From assembly GCF_009914755.1 (NCBI RefSeq), contig NC_060927.1: a stretch of DNA of 64,000 nucleotides. One strand, written 5' to 3'. Under the pieces are notes generated by a model. That model ran no database searches. It was not told the DNA's origin and saw only the letters and a list, made by a program, of their open reading frames with translations. Position numbers and translations under genes: made by a program. Shown one piece after another: positions 14,121 through 26,746 of the stretch. Within the stretch, counting starts at the first letter, position 1. Every line of letters starts with the position of its first letter. The DNA is from the human T2T-CHM13v2.0 reference genome, Homo sapiens.

Positions 14121-14384
14121 CAAGGGCTTTCACCCTTAGCTTAATTTTTAACAGTAGGATGAAAATCCTTGTCCTCTGAAGAAGGGATTGCCAGCATCAG
14201 AGATTGACTGGGAGCTTCCTACTGTTCATGTAGACAGCCAATTTGGCCCTTTTAGCTTTTTTCTCGCCAAGGAAATACTCAGTGTCAAGCCAGAAATTTC
14301 CATCCCTAAAAATGCATTTCTTTTGCAGGCATCTTCAGCTGAGTAAAGATTTTTCTGAAGACATGTCTTCTCTCCTCCATCTTT

Positions 14385-14655
14385 TATTTATTTATTTGAG
14401 ACCGAGTCTCACTCTATTGCCCGGGCTGGAGTTCAGTGTTGCGATATCGGCTCACTGCAAGCTCCAACTCCTGTGTTCACCCCATTCTCCTGCCTCAGCC
14501 TCCCGAGTAGCTGGGACTACAGGCTCCCACCACCATGTCTGGCTAATTTTTTCATTTTTAGTAGAGATAGGATTTCACCATGTTAACCAGGATGGTCTTG
14601 ATCTCCTGACGTCGTGATCCACCTGCTTTGGCCTCCCAAAGTGCTGGGATTACAG
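14385..14655 (-). mobile_element. Alu SINE, AluY-like, 5'-truncated by about 20 nt
   Basis: 'gcaagctcc', 'ccattctcc', 'ggatggtcttgatctcc' diagnostics. TSD ttctctcctccatcttt at 14368-14384 and 14656-14672. Confidence 0.93.
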
Positions 14656-15319
14656 TTCTCTCCTCCATCTTTATTGCTAGCAATACCTGCTATGTTTGTT
14701 TAACAGATTTTTGGCCTGCATGCTGGCCTCATCACCAACCATGGCAGGAGAAGCCAACAGCCAAAGCAAGCCCAGTCCCCTGCCACTTCCAAGCACTCAT
14801 CCTTCTCCAAATGGCTCTCAACTCATCTCTTACCAGGTTGGATAGGTCATGAAGAATGTTGAGAAATGTAAAAACACTTAAAACTCAAAGGAAATAAGAA
14901 CTATTGGTGACATTCAGGGCATCATAACAGGCAAGAAAGGAAGGTATTTGGGGATAGGAAAGTCTCCCAGGTGGCCTCCAAATCATACCATATAAGCAAT
15001 GATACACTTTCCTTGCACATGCTCTACTAGGCAAGTATATTGTACTTTGAGATTTGTCTGGTTCCTACTGAAGGACAATTTGAGGGATTCACTTCTGTAA
15101 AAGTTCCAAGATGCATTGTTTCTGGCCATCACCCTAGGCTGCTGCTCCTCCAGCCATAGTGTTCTCTGTGTCCGTGAGCTCTTTAAGAGTCGGATCTAAT
15201 TAAGTGTAGCTTTGCATGACCCCAACACCCACTATGGGACCTGGTCCCTATGGACAAGGATTCTGAAAAGCAGCTTGGGTTTTCGAACCCCACAGTCAAC
15301 TCCACAGAGCTCAGCCAGC

Positions 15320-15490
15320 ACTAACTTAGAAACTTGAACAGTTTACTTAATCTTCCTGAGCCTTACTCTTCCCCCTGTGGAAAATGGAAATAATGCCTCC
15401 CAGGGTTGTTGAGAAAAAAATTAGGTACATATGTAAAATGCACAGCACAGTGACTACTATATATTAGGCACTCAATAAATGCACTTATTA
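15320..15490 (+). mobile_element. MIR SINE fragment
   Basis: 'ttacttaatcttcctgagcct...aaaatggaaataat...cagggttgttgag...aggcactcaataaatg'. Confidence 0.75.
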
Positions 15491-18400
15491 TTAATATTAT
15501 TTCTAATAATAATATTAATACAAAGTCATACTGCTAGTGTACAGATTATAATCTAAAATCATAATCTATAGCTATCTGAGAACAAGAGTAATGACCCACG
15601 GAACTCTCTCTTTTTATGTTTAGCTATTAAACATCTCTCAGCCCTTTGAATATGAAGCAGTATGTTTTACTTTGCTGTTCAACATCCATAAATATCTACT
15701 GAGTGCTTTTTGTGTGCAGGAACACAACAAACTCAAAAAATGAAGTTTGTCCTAAAGGGAATTACCACCTTAATCATGAGTCAAGAAACAACAGGTACAG
15801 AAAAATGTGGGTCACAGTGCTGTTTCTCAGAGACCATTTGGTCAGAGTGCTTCCAGGATTCAGAGAAGGTTTTGGTTTTAGGAGCAGGGGGCACACAAAA
15901 GTCCTCTTTGGGAAATTAACGTTAAAGGAAAGGTAGGATATGAACATATGGAGAAGAGTAGAGACGCATCCTACACCAAGAGCTTGCGAGCAAAGAGTGC
16001 TGTGGAAGGAGTGATGGGAATTTAGGTTGAGGATCCTTCCTGTATTTGTCTCCAGCTGCCTTTATGATGGGTACCAAGATAGTGCACAGGGGCCGGAATG
16101 CTTAGTGAGTTCTGCAGTTCTGTGAATCAGCACAGTAGTGAGCTGTGTAGGAAGTTCAGCCTGCAAGCCGATTTGCCAGTTTGTGCAGAACCTTCCCCTA
16201 TCAACAAGTTGGGCCCTTCTTGGCTGGCTGAGAGAAAGAATGGTCTTGGAATTTTGCTTTCTGAAATAGATTTTCTCAATTCAAATTAACTACAATTGTG
16301 TTGTTAATCCCCTTGTTATGGGATGAGAATATACTGCATTGAGATTAGAGCCTGAGAGATATGTTGAAGAACCTTGGATTCAACTCAAAGTTCCAAACAA
16401 TGTGGTCTTCCCAGTAGGCTCTGTGGGCTTTGGCTGGAACAATGGCACCACCCGGTGGCCACAACAGTCTCTATTTGGAAGAATTTCCTTTGGGGCACAT
16501 TTCACGAACTCCTAAAGCCCCATGTGTGCTGGGGCTGGAGATACAATGCTGAATAAAGCAGGCTAACTCCCTCAGGGGCTTGCAGGCTGATGGGCCTCAC
16601 CAGTCCAGGTCCTGTGGGCTCAGTCAGCTCTGGTCCCCAGGGATTGCCCAGTGGGGAGCAGAGACAGCCCTTTTTTAACCCAGAGCTGACCTTAAGATAG
16701 ATGTCTACAGAGTGGGATTCCATGGATTACAAAATGGCCTCTTGGATCCACCTAACCCCTAATGCCTTAAATCTCTTTCACAGTTGACAAAACCTGTTCC
16801 TGTGCTTATTCATTTATTTAGCATGTATTTATCATTTGCCTCTATGACCCAGATACTATGCTTAGGGCTGAAGACAAAAATTTGCCTAAGAATTAGCCCT
16901 TACTTTCCATGCATGGCCCAAAGCTAAAGACAAGTCCTTCCATTATCCCCTGCATAGACCATGGAGTCCCTCCAGACTAGCCGGGCCCTGTGGCATCTAC
17001 CATCTCACGTCCCTTAACACAACAGGTCCCTCAGCCCCAGTCCCCACTGTTCCTTGCACACCCCTCAGTCAGTTCTGCCACCACACTTTTTCTTGGCTGC
17101 TCCTCTTAAAAGAAATGCCTTCTCTCTCTCCTCAAGGATGGCTGTTCTGGAGGCCCCAAGCAGGGAGGGCCAAGCCAATGCTGTCAGAGAAAAATGATCT
17201 CCAACAGCAGATACTGATGTGAGTGGCTGCAAACTGCAGCAGCAACTACAGGTAGGCAAGCAAGTCTGGACCTGGGGAAAAGAGAGACAGCAGCTCACAG
17301 GGCAGAGATGAAGGAAGCTTTTCATGAACAGAAGCTCTTGTTCCACCCAGGAGTTCTAAGAGAGGCTGAAAATAGCAAGAAGATTTAGATCTAGCAGCTC
17401 TTAGGCATGAGAAAATATGTTTTACCCTGAAACTCAAGAAAAAGTAGGAAATAGAGGTGAATTCTGGGGATGGTGAGAAGGAACAGGACTCTGTGGAGTA
17501 GAGTGAGTGGAAATGTCGCTGAATGTGGTGACCAAAAGATAAAGTGTGGGACTGACTAATTCAAACGTAGACTGTCTGCATCATCAGAAGGAAACTTCTA
17601 AATCCTCAGGAAGGCTGCTACACTCACATTGACAAAACCTGAGGGTCAGAGAATTACCTAATAAAAGGAAGGTGTCTGCATGTCTGGGTCAATGCTATGC
17701 CATATGGAAAAAGCACCCACAGGCCCAAGAACCTGACCCATGACAGAACAGTGGGCACATAAGCCCCTGAGAAATTAACAATATCTGCTGGAGGTCTGTG
17801 AGCTTCCACGAGGCATAGAATGGGATTCTAAGCCAGCGTGAGGTCCTAGCAGCTGGAAATCCCAGCAGATACCTGGTCCATCCATGCACGTCTACATCCT
17901 TTCTCACAATAGGACTATTTTCTATCCATTGTCCCTGGGAACAGTGTGGTATTATGGAATAAACATAGGCCTTAGATATAAGAATATGCGAATGCCAATC
18001 CCAGTCCCTTCTTCCTCTCTGTGGGACCTTAGCAAATTGCCTTTCTCAGTCCCAATACCGCATCTAGAAGATGTATAGAAGCCATGTTTTTGAGGGTCAG
18101 CAACTTTATCAGTGAGGCTGGAGGCTCCTGGTCTGTGGCAAATATCCCCTAGTGAGGGTCCAGTCTGAGGGAGAGAAAGGAAACGGCTTGGGAGGAGTGG
18201 CGACATCTCCCCCTGCCCCTCTGCCAAGACAAATCAACTGCACAAGCCCTAAGAATGTGATGGCAAGCATCTGGGATTTACATGTGGTCACAGCTCCACA
18301 TAGAATCAGAAATACATGTTCTCTGTCCTGTGTAACCCCTTGTCCACCAGTAGGTCTTTATGGGCTTCATTGTCAGAATGTGAATTCCAGCATGGTAGGC

Positions 18401-20329
18401 TTCACTAAGCTTGTTCTCTGTTGTAGAGTGGATCTGGGTCCTTGTTAGCAATGTAATGGGTGCAGCCTGGATTACATTCTTCCTACTGCTTTCCTAGGAA
18501 ATGACCCTCCCTCATCCAATCTCAGGGTTGTAGCAGAAGCTCCATCGGATAATGTGACCCATGTGTGGCTATTAGAGACTGGTTCAAGGAAGGGCACTGC
18601 ATTTAAGACTGAGAAGGGGGTCAGACTCTCTCTGAGTGGCTGGTTTGGTGCAGGCAAATTTGGGAGTGGTAGCAATGACCCTGTTCCACTGTGAGAACTG
18701 TGCAGCAAAGATGGTTGGACTACTGTAAGTCAGAGGGGCAGAGAAAACATGGATAAGTGAAAGAAAGTAAAGTCTCACTGGCTTGGGGTGGCACTCCACG
18801 CCACCTCTGGTCCTGCTGCCTGGCTTTTTCTCTGGGATTGGATTCAGAAACTCACTCTGAGATTTTTCCCACCAAGTCCTTCTTCACTTGAAGTAGACGG
18901 AATGGAGTTGCCAGAGCTGACATCCAGAAAAGGCCCAGCTAATGTGCAAACAAGGTTTCACTTGAAGGAGAGGAAGGACAAGGATGCTGAGTGCATGTGT
19001 TCTCAGATGAACAAATTGCCTCCAAGCTCAGCAAGTTGGGAAAACATACTCTAGCATTGTACACCTACAATCCGATGCCTCCCCTGGATGGTAATTTCAC
19101 TCAGACACAGCAGTAACATTTTACTATTTAATGGGATGCTTGTAGAGATTTCATTCCACGATGAGAACATTTCCTATTAAAGGAACAAAATGAAAAAAGA
19201 GTCATTCATTTCACATGAAAAACAGAGACTTTTTAAAATGGAAACACTGTCAATCAGGCTGAATCACAAGCTGTGATTAAAGCCTCCAGACTTTTTCCCA
19301 TTTGTGCGAGCACATTTGAATTTTAGCCCAACACTGAGCCTGTATTATAAGAACGTCTAATGTATTCTGCTTTGAACATAATGCCAAACATGTCGTAAAA
19401 GTAAAATACTTATCACCTAAGTTCAAGCAAATTTTGGTCTTTTATTCAAGAAGCAGTCACAGCACCTCATTTACAACCTCAACTCAAAAGTAGATCTTCC
19501 TAATCAGAGAAATGAAGATAAAGCTGGAGTCTATTATCATCTGTGCTGCTGGTACATGAAGCATGGTTTATGGAAGAGAAGCCAGATATCTCTGGAAAAG
19601 TCAAGTTGTTCTCCCCCAGCCCACTACTGCTGTACCCAACAATGGGATTCTTTTTGCTGTTTCCATCCAAACAATGATTGAGCCCCCTGGGCTGTGGGCT
19701 GGATAAGTTAGACATGGTTCCTGCCCTCTGGAAATCCACCAGCTCATGCAGGAGGACTCTTCAGTTAGGGGACAATTATTACATGTACCAAGAGGCTGTG
19801 GATACAAGGAGGAGAGGCCTGGAGTGGGAGCAGCTGTCAGAAAGGGCTGCTGCATGATGTTGGAGTCAGTCTTCAGAGGAGGGGAAAGGCCTTCCAGGCA
19901 CAGAGTGCAGCATGATGGGGCAGAGGTATGAAGAGCCTAACACATTAGGGGAACAGTGTGTCCTATGGGCAGCTCTCCCAAGGGCATGCAGTGACCTCTG
20001 CCCAGAACCTGAGAGGCCCAGGAACTGAGCAGCATCCCCTCTCAGGGAAGCAGAGGCGTACGTAGGTCTTAAGACAAGATAAGAGAAGCAGAAGATAGCC
20101 CCACGTTTCCTTGGTGATCTAAAGTGTTTCCAGAGACAGCTCTGGTCCAGGTAATGGGATAACTAAGGAAGAGACTAGAAACTGTTAACTCGATGCTCAG
20201 ATGAACTAAAGAAAGTGGCATGACAGGCCTCAGCTCAAAACCTATTGGCCTTGCCCTCTCTGTGGCCAGTGCCCTTGCCGATTCCAATCTGGGGCCTCTG
20301 CTGACCTCAGAGACAGCCAGATCACCGCT

Positions 20330-20940
20330 TCCTAGATTAGGGCTTCTTCCTCAAGTCCATTCTCCTTTTTCCTTTCCCCAATATTCATCAGCAATTCTAA
20401 TCAATTTTACCTCCAAAATATATCCCAAGCCTGCCCATACCTGTCCCTCTTTTTTTGTCTCCACCTAGTCCTGGTCACCATCACCTCTTGTCTAGACAAC
20501 TGCAACAGAGGGACATTTTATTTCATTATAAATCAGATCACAATATTCTACTCCAAACTCTCCAGACCTTCCTTCACACTTGGAATAAAATCCAAGCTCT
20601 TTTCCATGGTCAGGGGCCCAGCCCAGCTCTCTGGTCTCACCTTAGACCATCCTGCCCATGCTCAGCAGGTCCAGCTCCATCATCCTCCTTTCTGTATTCA
20701 TCTTTACCCTGGCTCTTCTCACTGCCTGGAATGTGATTCTCACCTAACTCAAGAAGTCAACACAATGCCTAACTGATTGTCTTCATGGAACTTATTACTA
20801 TTTTCTTATTGACTAGTCTCCCATCTCTGCTATACCATAGGTCTCATAGGAGGAGGGGCTTCTGAATCTGCATTCCTCAAGACTGTATTCCTAGAACAGG
20901 ATCCATCCCACAAAGGGTATTCAAGGCACATTTACTGAGT
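20330..20940 (+). mobile_element. L2 LINE 3' fragments
   Basis: 'cctccaaaatatatcccaa', 'aaatcagatca', 'gaataaaatccaagctc', 'ctgcctggaatg'. Confidence 0.6.
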
Positions 20941-21186
20941 GCACAAGTCCATGCATCTGCCAATATCTTTGAAAGCTTTAGACATTATGGAAGCCATGGC
21001 CCCTGGAATTTACCAGGCCAGAGAAGTGTGGCCCTTATGGAGGCTGCTGATGCAAGGAAGGAGTTCCATGTGCCCTGAGGTCTCCCAGACTGGGATCAAA
21101 GGCCCACTTTTCTGTGTTGGTAGAGCCTTCGTGACAGAGCATTGATGCCTCCACCACTAGCTGGCCACTCTGCTTCATAACTGTGC

Positions 21187-21226
21187 TGTATTAGTCAGGG
21201 TTCTCAAGAGAAACAGAAGCAATAGG

Positions 21227-21268
<42 letters not shown>

Positions 21269-21656
21269 AAGGGGCGGATGGGAGAAAGAGAGAGATTTAT
21301 TACAAGGAATTAGTTCACATGATTATGGAGGCTGACAAGTCACAAGGTCTGCAGTCAGCAGGCTTGAGACCCAGGAAAGCCATTGTTTCTGCCCTAAGTA
21401 AAGAAGGAACCAATGTCCCAGCTCAGCAGTCAAGCAAGAGGACTTTCCTCTTAATCAGCCTTTTTGTTCTATTCAGGCCTTCAACTGATTGGATGGGGCC
21501 CACCACATTCATGAGAGCAATCTGCTTTAATCATTCTGTAAATTTAAATGTTAATCTCACCCAAAAACACCCTCACAGGCACACCGAGAATAATGTTTGA
21601 CCCAATGTCTGGGCACCACGACCCAGTAAAACTGACACACAAAATTAACAATACAC
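21187..21656 (-). mobile_element. ERVL LTR, MLT2B-like
   Basis: Starts 'tgtattagtcagggttctc..gagaaacagaa'. Internal 'attcaggccttcaactgattggatggggcccac'. Ends 'tgacacacaaaattaaca'. Confidence 0.9.
21231..21264. repeat. (GT)17 microsatellite inside the MLT2 LTR
   Basis: Uninterrupted GT dinucleotide run read directly. Confidence 0.97.
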
Positions 21657-21659
21657 ACG

Positions 21660-21797
21660 CATTTTGTGTCTGTCTCCCCCACTAGGTGTGAGCAACTTGG
21701 GAAGAATTGGGTCTTATTTATACTGGATAATCTGCTTTAATACCTAAAACTTGGTAGGTGCTCAACAAATATCTGTAGAATGAATGAATGAATGAAT
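21660..21797 (+). mobile_element. L2 LINE 3' end
   Basis: 'tgtctgtctcccccactag...gtaggtgctcaacaaatatctgtagaatgaatgaatgaatgaat'. Confidence 0.75.
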
Positions 21798-22294
21798 CTC
21801 TGATTCCAAGAACTAGCCTCAGGTCTGGTCTAAGTTAAGACTCACAAACTTGGGTCACATTGAAGTGCCTATTGGCAAGGGATGGGAAGAGATCAGGATA
21901 ATGTCTAAAGGTAGACCACCAGGCTGTCCAGAGGGTACAGAATATGTCATTCAGACCGTGAGAACTCACCCAGGAATCTCTGCACTGGCCAAGGCAGACA
22001 GGAGCAGTTTCACAGCACAGACTAGGCACCTAGCTACCGGCTGTAATGGCTTTGTCAGTTACTACCTGTGACCTGGTCAAAGACAATGACTCCTTGTGGC
22101 CTTAGTCTCTTCTTCCCTAAAGTGAAGGTGATAGTAATAACTTATTCACAGATTGCTATGAAGATGAAATTAGATAATCCATGAACAGAAAGTATGAGTT
22201 CATTTCATGACCCTTGGGGAAATAAAGACTTCTTTATTTCCCAAATCAGGTAAGTTTGGCTTGGATTGCAAGAAAATCAGATAAATAAAATGAA

Positions 22295-23170
22295 GTTATG
22301 TATAAAGAACTCATACAACTAAACAACAACAAAAAACCTGATTTTAAGAAGGGACAAAGGACATGACCAGATGTTTCTCCAAAGAAGATATACAAATAGC
22401 CAACAAGCATATAAAATGCTTGTTGCTCAACGTAACTAATCACCCAGGAAACATAAATCAAATCCACAATGTGATATCACCTCACACCCATTAGAATGGC
22501 TACTATTAAAAAAAAAGTAATAAGTGTGGGTAAGGATGTAAAGAAACTGGAAACCTTGTGTATTGCTGATGGGAATATAAAATGATGCAGCCATTGTGGA
22601 AAACAGTATGGCAGTTCCTCAAAAGCTTGAAAACATAACTACCACATAATCCAGTGATTTCAGTTCTGGGTATATACCCAAGAGAATTGAAAGCAGTGTC
22701 TTGAAGAGCAATTTGTATACCCATAGCCATAGAAGTATTATTCATAATCATCACAATGTGGAAGAAGCCCAAGTGTCCATTGACAGAAGAACACATAAAT
22801 AAAATGTGGTTTTGTATTTAATAGAATGTTATTCATCTTCAAAAAGAAGGGAAATGTTGCTACATGTTACAGCATGGGTGAACTTTGAGGAGCTTATGCT
22901 AAGTGAAATAAGCCAATTACAAAAAGACAAATGCTATATGATTCCACTTATGTGAGATATCTAGAGCCATAGAGACTGAAGGTAAAGGGTGTTTGCCAGG
23001 GGCTGGGGAGAAGGGGAAATGGGGAGTTGCTGTTTAAACGAGTATAGAGTTTCAGTATTGCAAGATGAAAGAAGCTCTGGAGATTGATTGCACCACTATT
23101 TGAATGTAACTGCTGAACTGTACACTTAAAATGGTGAAGATGGTAAATTTTATGTTATGTGTATTCACAG
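22295..23170 (+). mobile_element. L1MB-type LINE-1, ORF2 end and 3' UTR
   Basis: 'tttctccaaagaagatatacaaatagccaacaagca', 'cacctcacacccattagaatggcta', 'atgctaagtgaaataagcca', 'ctgaactgtacacttaaaatgg'. Confidence 0.9.
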
Positions 23171-24369
23171 ATAAATCCACCTACACAACCAGTGAATCAC
23201 GTTTATATCGCTCTTTGGGACTTTCCTATCCATGGCCATGTTCATCAACTCAGTTGATTTTCACAGCAACCCCCAGCAATCAGCAGAGTGGGTGGAATCC
23301 AGAGGGGCTCAGAAAGATCATGGATCTAGGACTAAGTTCCAGGTCTCCCAACTCCCTTCCTACTGGTCTCCTTCTACTGATCATCTTTCCTCTTGGGGAC
23401 TATAAACTAGTGTTTACAGGGACTAGCCTGTCAGTGAGCCTTTAACCAGCATGACTAAGTGCTGACCCTACCTTAAAAATCATAAAGGCTCCAAAGAGAA
23501 GCCCTGCCCACTGTCCCTGAAGAATTAATACTTAATGAAGCCATGATTGTCCCCCAACAAAGAAAAAGATTGTCACTTTACTGTATACTCATGGCTGGAA
23601 ATGTACCTTTCATCTGATGGCTCAGGGCAGAGAGCTTCAGAGAGTCCTCCTTGGTCCTTGCATCCAAAGTGGCACATCACATCAAGCCAGGGACATTCAA
23701 CAACTATAATCCTAACTCAGCCCCATCTCCCCAAGGAGCCCCTGTAGCTGTTAAATCCACTCCAAGAAGCTACAGATCCTACCATGCCAGGGCCATGGGA
23801 TGAGATCTGCATCTTAGAGGACGAAAGTCACATCTGTTAATATATAGAGAGCACTTAATACATGTAAGGTTCTACTTCTCTGTATTTTACATGTGTCCTG
23901 GGGTAAATTGTTAAGAAAGGAGTTATTGATGTCTTCTGGTTATTTTATACAGTTGGGTTGGTTGGTTGTTTTGTTAACTGTTATTGGTTTACTTTTTATT
24001 ATGGGTTTCATTTGTTCATTTGTTTTTGTTTTAGTATTAGAGAACAGAGCCTAATCGAATGTGGTTTTTCTATGACTACCTGAAGAAAATGTCCAGGACA
24101 CTCTTAAAATAAAATAATTAAGCATAAATAGGTTGGTTGCCTTTGTTTCTCTGGAAAATGTAATCTTCCCCTCACTGATTCTTTTTGTGATCTGAAAAGT
24201 TGCCTCATTTCTTGTGATCATTGGATCCCACCATCAACCACAGCAGAAGGCTTTGGGTAAGAGGGAGAACTTTGCATGTCAGCTATTGTTGATGCAACTC
24301 CAAGGAGAAAATTAATCGCTTCCTCTAGGTTTTACCCCACCAATACAACCCAATGCCCATCACTCAACT

Positions 24370-24990
24370 TTTCATTCACTCACATATCCATTCAATGTGT
24401 ATTTATTGGGCATCTACTGTGTATGAGGCACTGTGAGGGGCAAAATGGACACAACCTCTGACTTCATACAGCTTACAGTTTAGTGGGAATATTGACATTA
24501 AACAGATAAATACGTAGAGCTTTCACTGCAGTTGTGGTATCTGCTAGGAAGTGAGACATGTAGTGTGCTTCTTCATTCATCCACTAGGTATTTACTGAGC
24601 ACTAAGACAGGCAAAACTCTATCTCAGGTGCTTACTGGAACACGTAACTGGACAAAGCTGGGATGTAAGAGAAGATCCCCTAAGCAACTGTCATTCAAGC
24701 TGAGACCTGAGGGATAGAGAGAAGCTGGCCTGGCAAGGAGAAGACTGGAAGTGCATGCCAGTCCAAGGAATGGCGTGACAGGGTCCTAGAGCAGGATATG
24801 CCTGTGAGAATGAGAAGGGAGGCCAGTGGGCCTGGAGCACTGGGGCTTGGGCAGGGCAAAGAGAGGTTGAAGCAAGAGGAAGGGCCAGGGCTCTCCAGTT
24901 TCCGCAGGCTCCATGCTCCTCTAAGAGTTGTCACTTGATCCTAATGGCAGGGGGAAACTTCTGAGGGGTTTTCAGCTGAGAGATAATGTT
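24370..24990 (-). mobile_element. L2 LINE fragments
   Basis: 'ttcattcactcac...tatttattgggcatctactgtgtatgaggcactgtg', 'aagctgagacctgagg', 'gaggccagtgggcctggagc'. Confidence 0.6.
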
Positions 24991-25282
24991 CTCATCATTA
25001 AACTATAGTATATTTTACTCTCTATTTTGTCAAGATCCTAAAACAGGTCAAATTTCAGTATGTTGTCCATCAAAAATGTCATGCAAGTTCACATTTGAGG
25101 CATGACACACCCCTTCCCTTGGTACCTTTCAACATGCTGTTCTCCTGTTTTCTTTTTTGCTCTTTTCTTCCTGATGAACTCCTATTCATACTTCAAAATT
25201 CAATCTGGCCTTGGCCTCATCTGTAAAGCAATTTGACTTCCCCAGGCCTTGACTGCAACTTATACTCACCTCCAGATAATAG

Positions 25283-25587
25283 TAGACTCAGAGTATGGGC
25301 CAGGGCCAGGGACAACCACCAAACTATTTGTTACCCACGCATAGAAAATGAGGTAAGCACAGAAAGTGAACGTGTTTAAAAACATTTAGAGCAATTACAC
25401 AGAACAATTTTATGACTATTGAATCTAATAATTTTGAAATGCAGGGCTTGAATTTTGTTAGCTATTTTAATTTTTTCTAATAATTCATCTTTATTATATT
25501 TTATAAAAGTATTGATCCACAAAGAATTGAAATTTATTTTTAAATGAAGGAAGGGGGCCTTCAGCACAGACGGTCTGAGAAGCCCTG
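25283..25587. mobile_element. hAT-Charlie DNA transposon relic (Charlie4a/MER80-like)
   Basis: 'agcaattacacagaacaattttatgactattgaatctaataat' and terminal 'ccttcagcacagacggtctgagaagccctg' resemble Charlie-family ends. Subfamily from memory. Confidence 0.6.
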
Positions 25588-25772
25588 TCCAGAGTACCTC
25601 ATCCTGAAGGCCTTTCTCTGCTTCCTCCTCCCTCTTCGCTATCTGCTGACCACTGCAAGTTCACTACCTCATTTCATCTACTCAACTCCTTACAAGGAAA
25701 TCAATCCCTAACTTACCTCCTCTCCTCTTATTAGAAGTGAGCTAACTGAAGCTAAAACGTAAAGCAGCTGCC

Positions 25773-26297
25773 TATATTGGTTTCCTATTGCTGCTATAAC
25801 AAAGTACCACAGACTTAGTGGCTTAAAAGTATACAGATTCCTTATCTTATAGTTTTGGAGGTCAGAGAGCATAAATGGGTTCACTGGGCTAACATCAAAG
25901 TGTCAGTGCAGGGCCACATTCCTTTGAAAGGCTCTAGGAAATAATGCATTTATTGCCTTTTCCAGTTTCTAGAGGCCTCCTGCATCCCTTGGCTTGTGTC
26001 CCCTCCCTCCTTCTTCAAAGCCAGTAGTGTAGCATCTTCCAAATCTCTCTCTCTCTCTCCCTCCCTCTCTCTCTCTCAGCCCTGCTTCCACCACCACATC
26101 TCTCCTCTTCAACTCTATTCCCTCTTATAAGGATCTTTGTGATTACATTCAGCCTACCTGCAATATACAGGATAATCTCATTTCAAGATTCTTAACCACA
26201 TCAGCAGAGTCCCTTTTGCCATACATGATAATATATTCAAAGGTTTCAGGAATTAGGATGTGGATATCTTCTGAAGGCCATCATTCTGTCTACTATA
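25773..26297 (-). mobile_element. ERVL-MaLR LTR (MLT1D-like)
   Basis: 'tttcctattgctgctataacaaagtaccacagacttagtggcttaaaa', 'ccttttccagtttctagagg', 'cttcaaagccag'; ends 'cattctgtctactata'. Confidence 0.85.
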
Positions 26298-26451
26298 ATG
26301 GCCAAGATCACACAACTACTAGGGCAGCTACTTCCAAGATTCAAACCCCCAGGTCTTGGCCTCAGAATCCATGCTTTTGGCTTTGTTTTATCTTTCCCAA
26401 CTACTCCACTCTACCTTCTAATATATGTGCATATGTTAGTAGAAATACTTT

Positions 26452-26577
26452 GTCCCAGCTACTCAGGAGGCTGAGGCAGGAGAATAGCTTGAACCCAGGA
26501 GGCAGAGGTTGCAGTGAGCTGAGACCACACCATTGCACTGCAGCCTGGGCCACAGAGTAAAACTCCATCTCAAAAAA
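26452..26577 (+). mobile_element. 5'-truncated Alu (partial right arm)
   Basis: 'gtcccagctactcaggaggctgaggcaggagaat...ctccatctcaaaaaa'. TSD agaaa(t/g)actttgt at about 26441-26453 and 26740-26752. Confidence 0.9.
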
Positions 26578-26675
26578 GAAAGAAAGAAAGAAGGAAGGAA
26601 GGAAGGAAGGAAGGAAGGAAGGAAGGAAGGAAGGAAGGAAGGAAGGAAGGAAGGAAGGAAAGAAGAAAGAAAGAT

Positions 26676-26746
<71 letters not shown>
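26572..26746. repeat. Compound (GAAA)n/(AAGG)17/(GAAA)17 purine microsatellite derived from the Alu tail
   Basis: Read directly: AAGG units at 26591-26658 and GAAA units at 26677-26744. Only one T in about 175 nt. Confidence 0.97.

Noticed and set aside
15489-15520. 13-bp AT-only inverted repeat
   Set aside because: Formed from the TTA-rich MIR tail; low complexity.
18500-18930. Possible very old MaLR/ERVL LTR
   Set aside because: Only vague motif similarity; cannot be supported without an HMM search.
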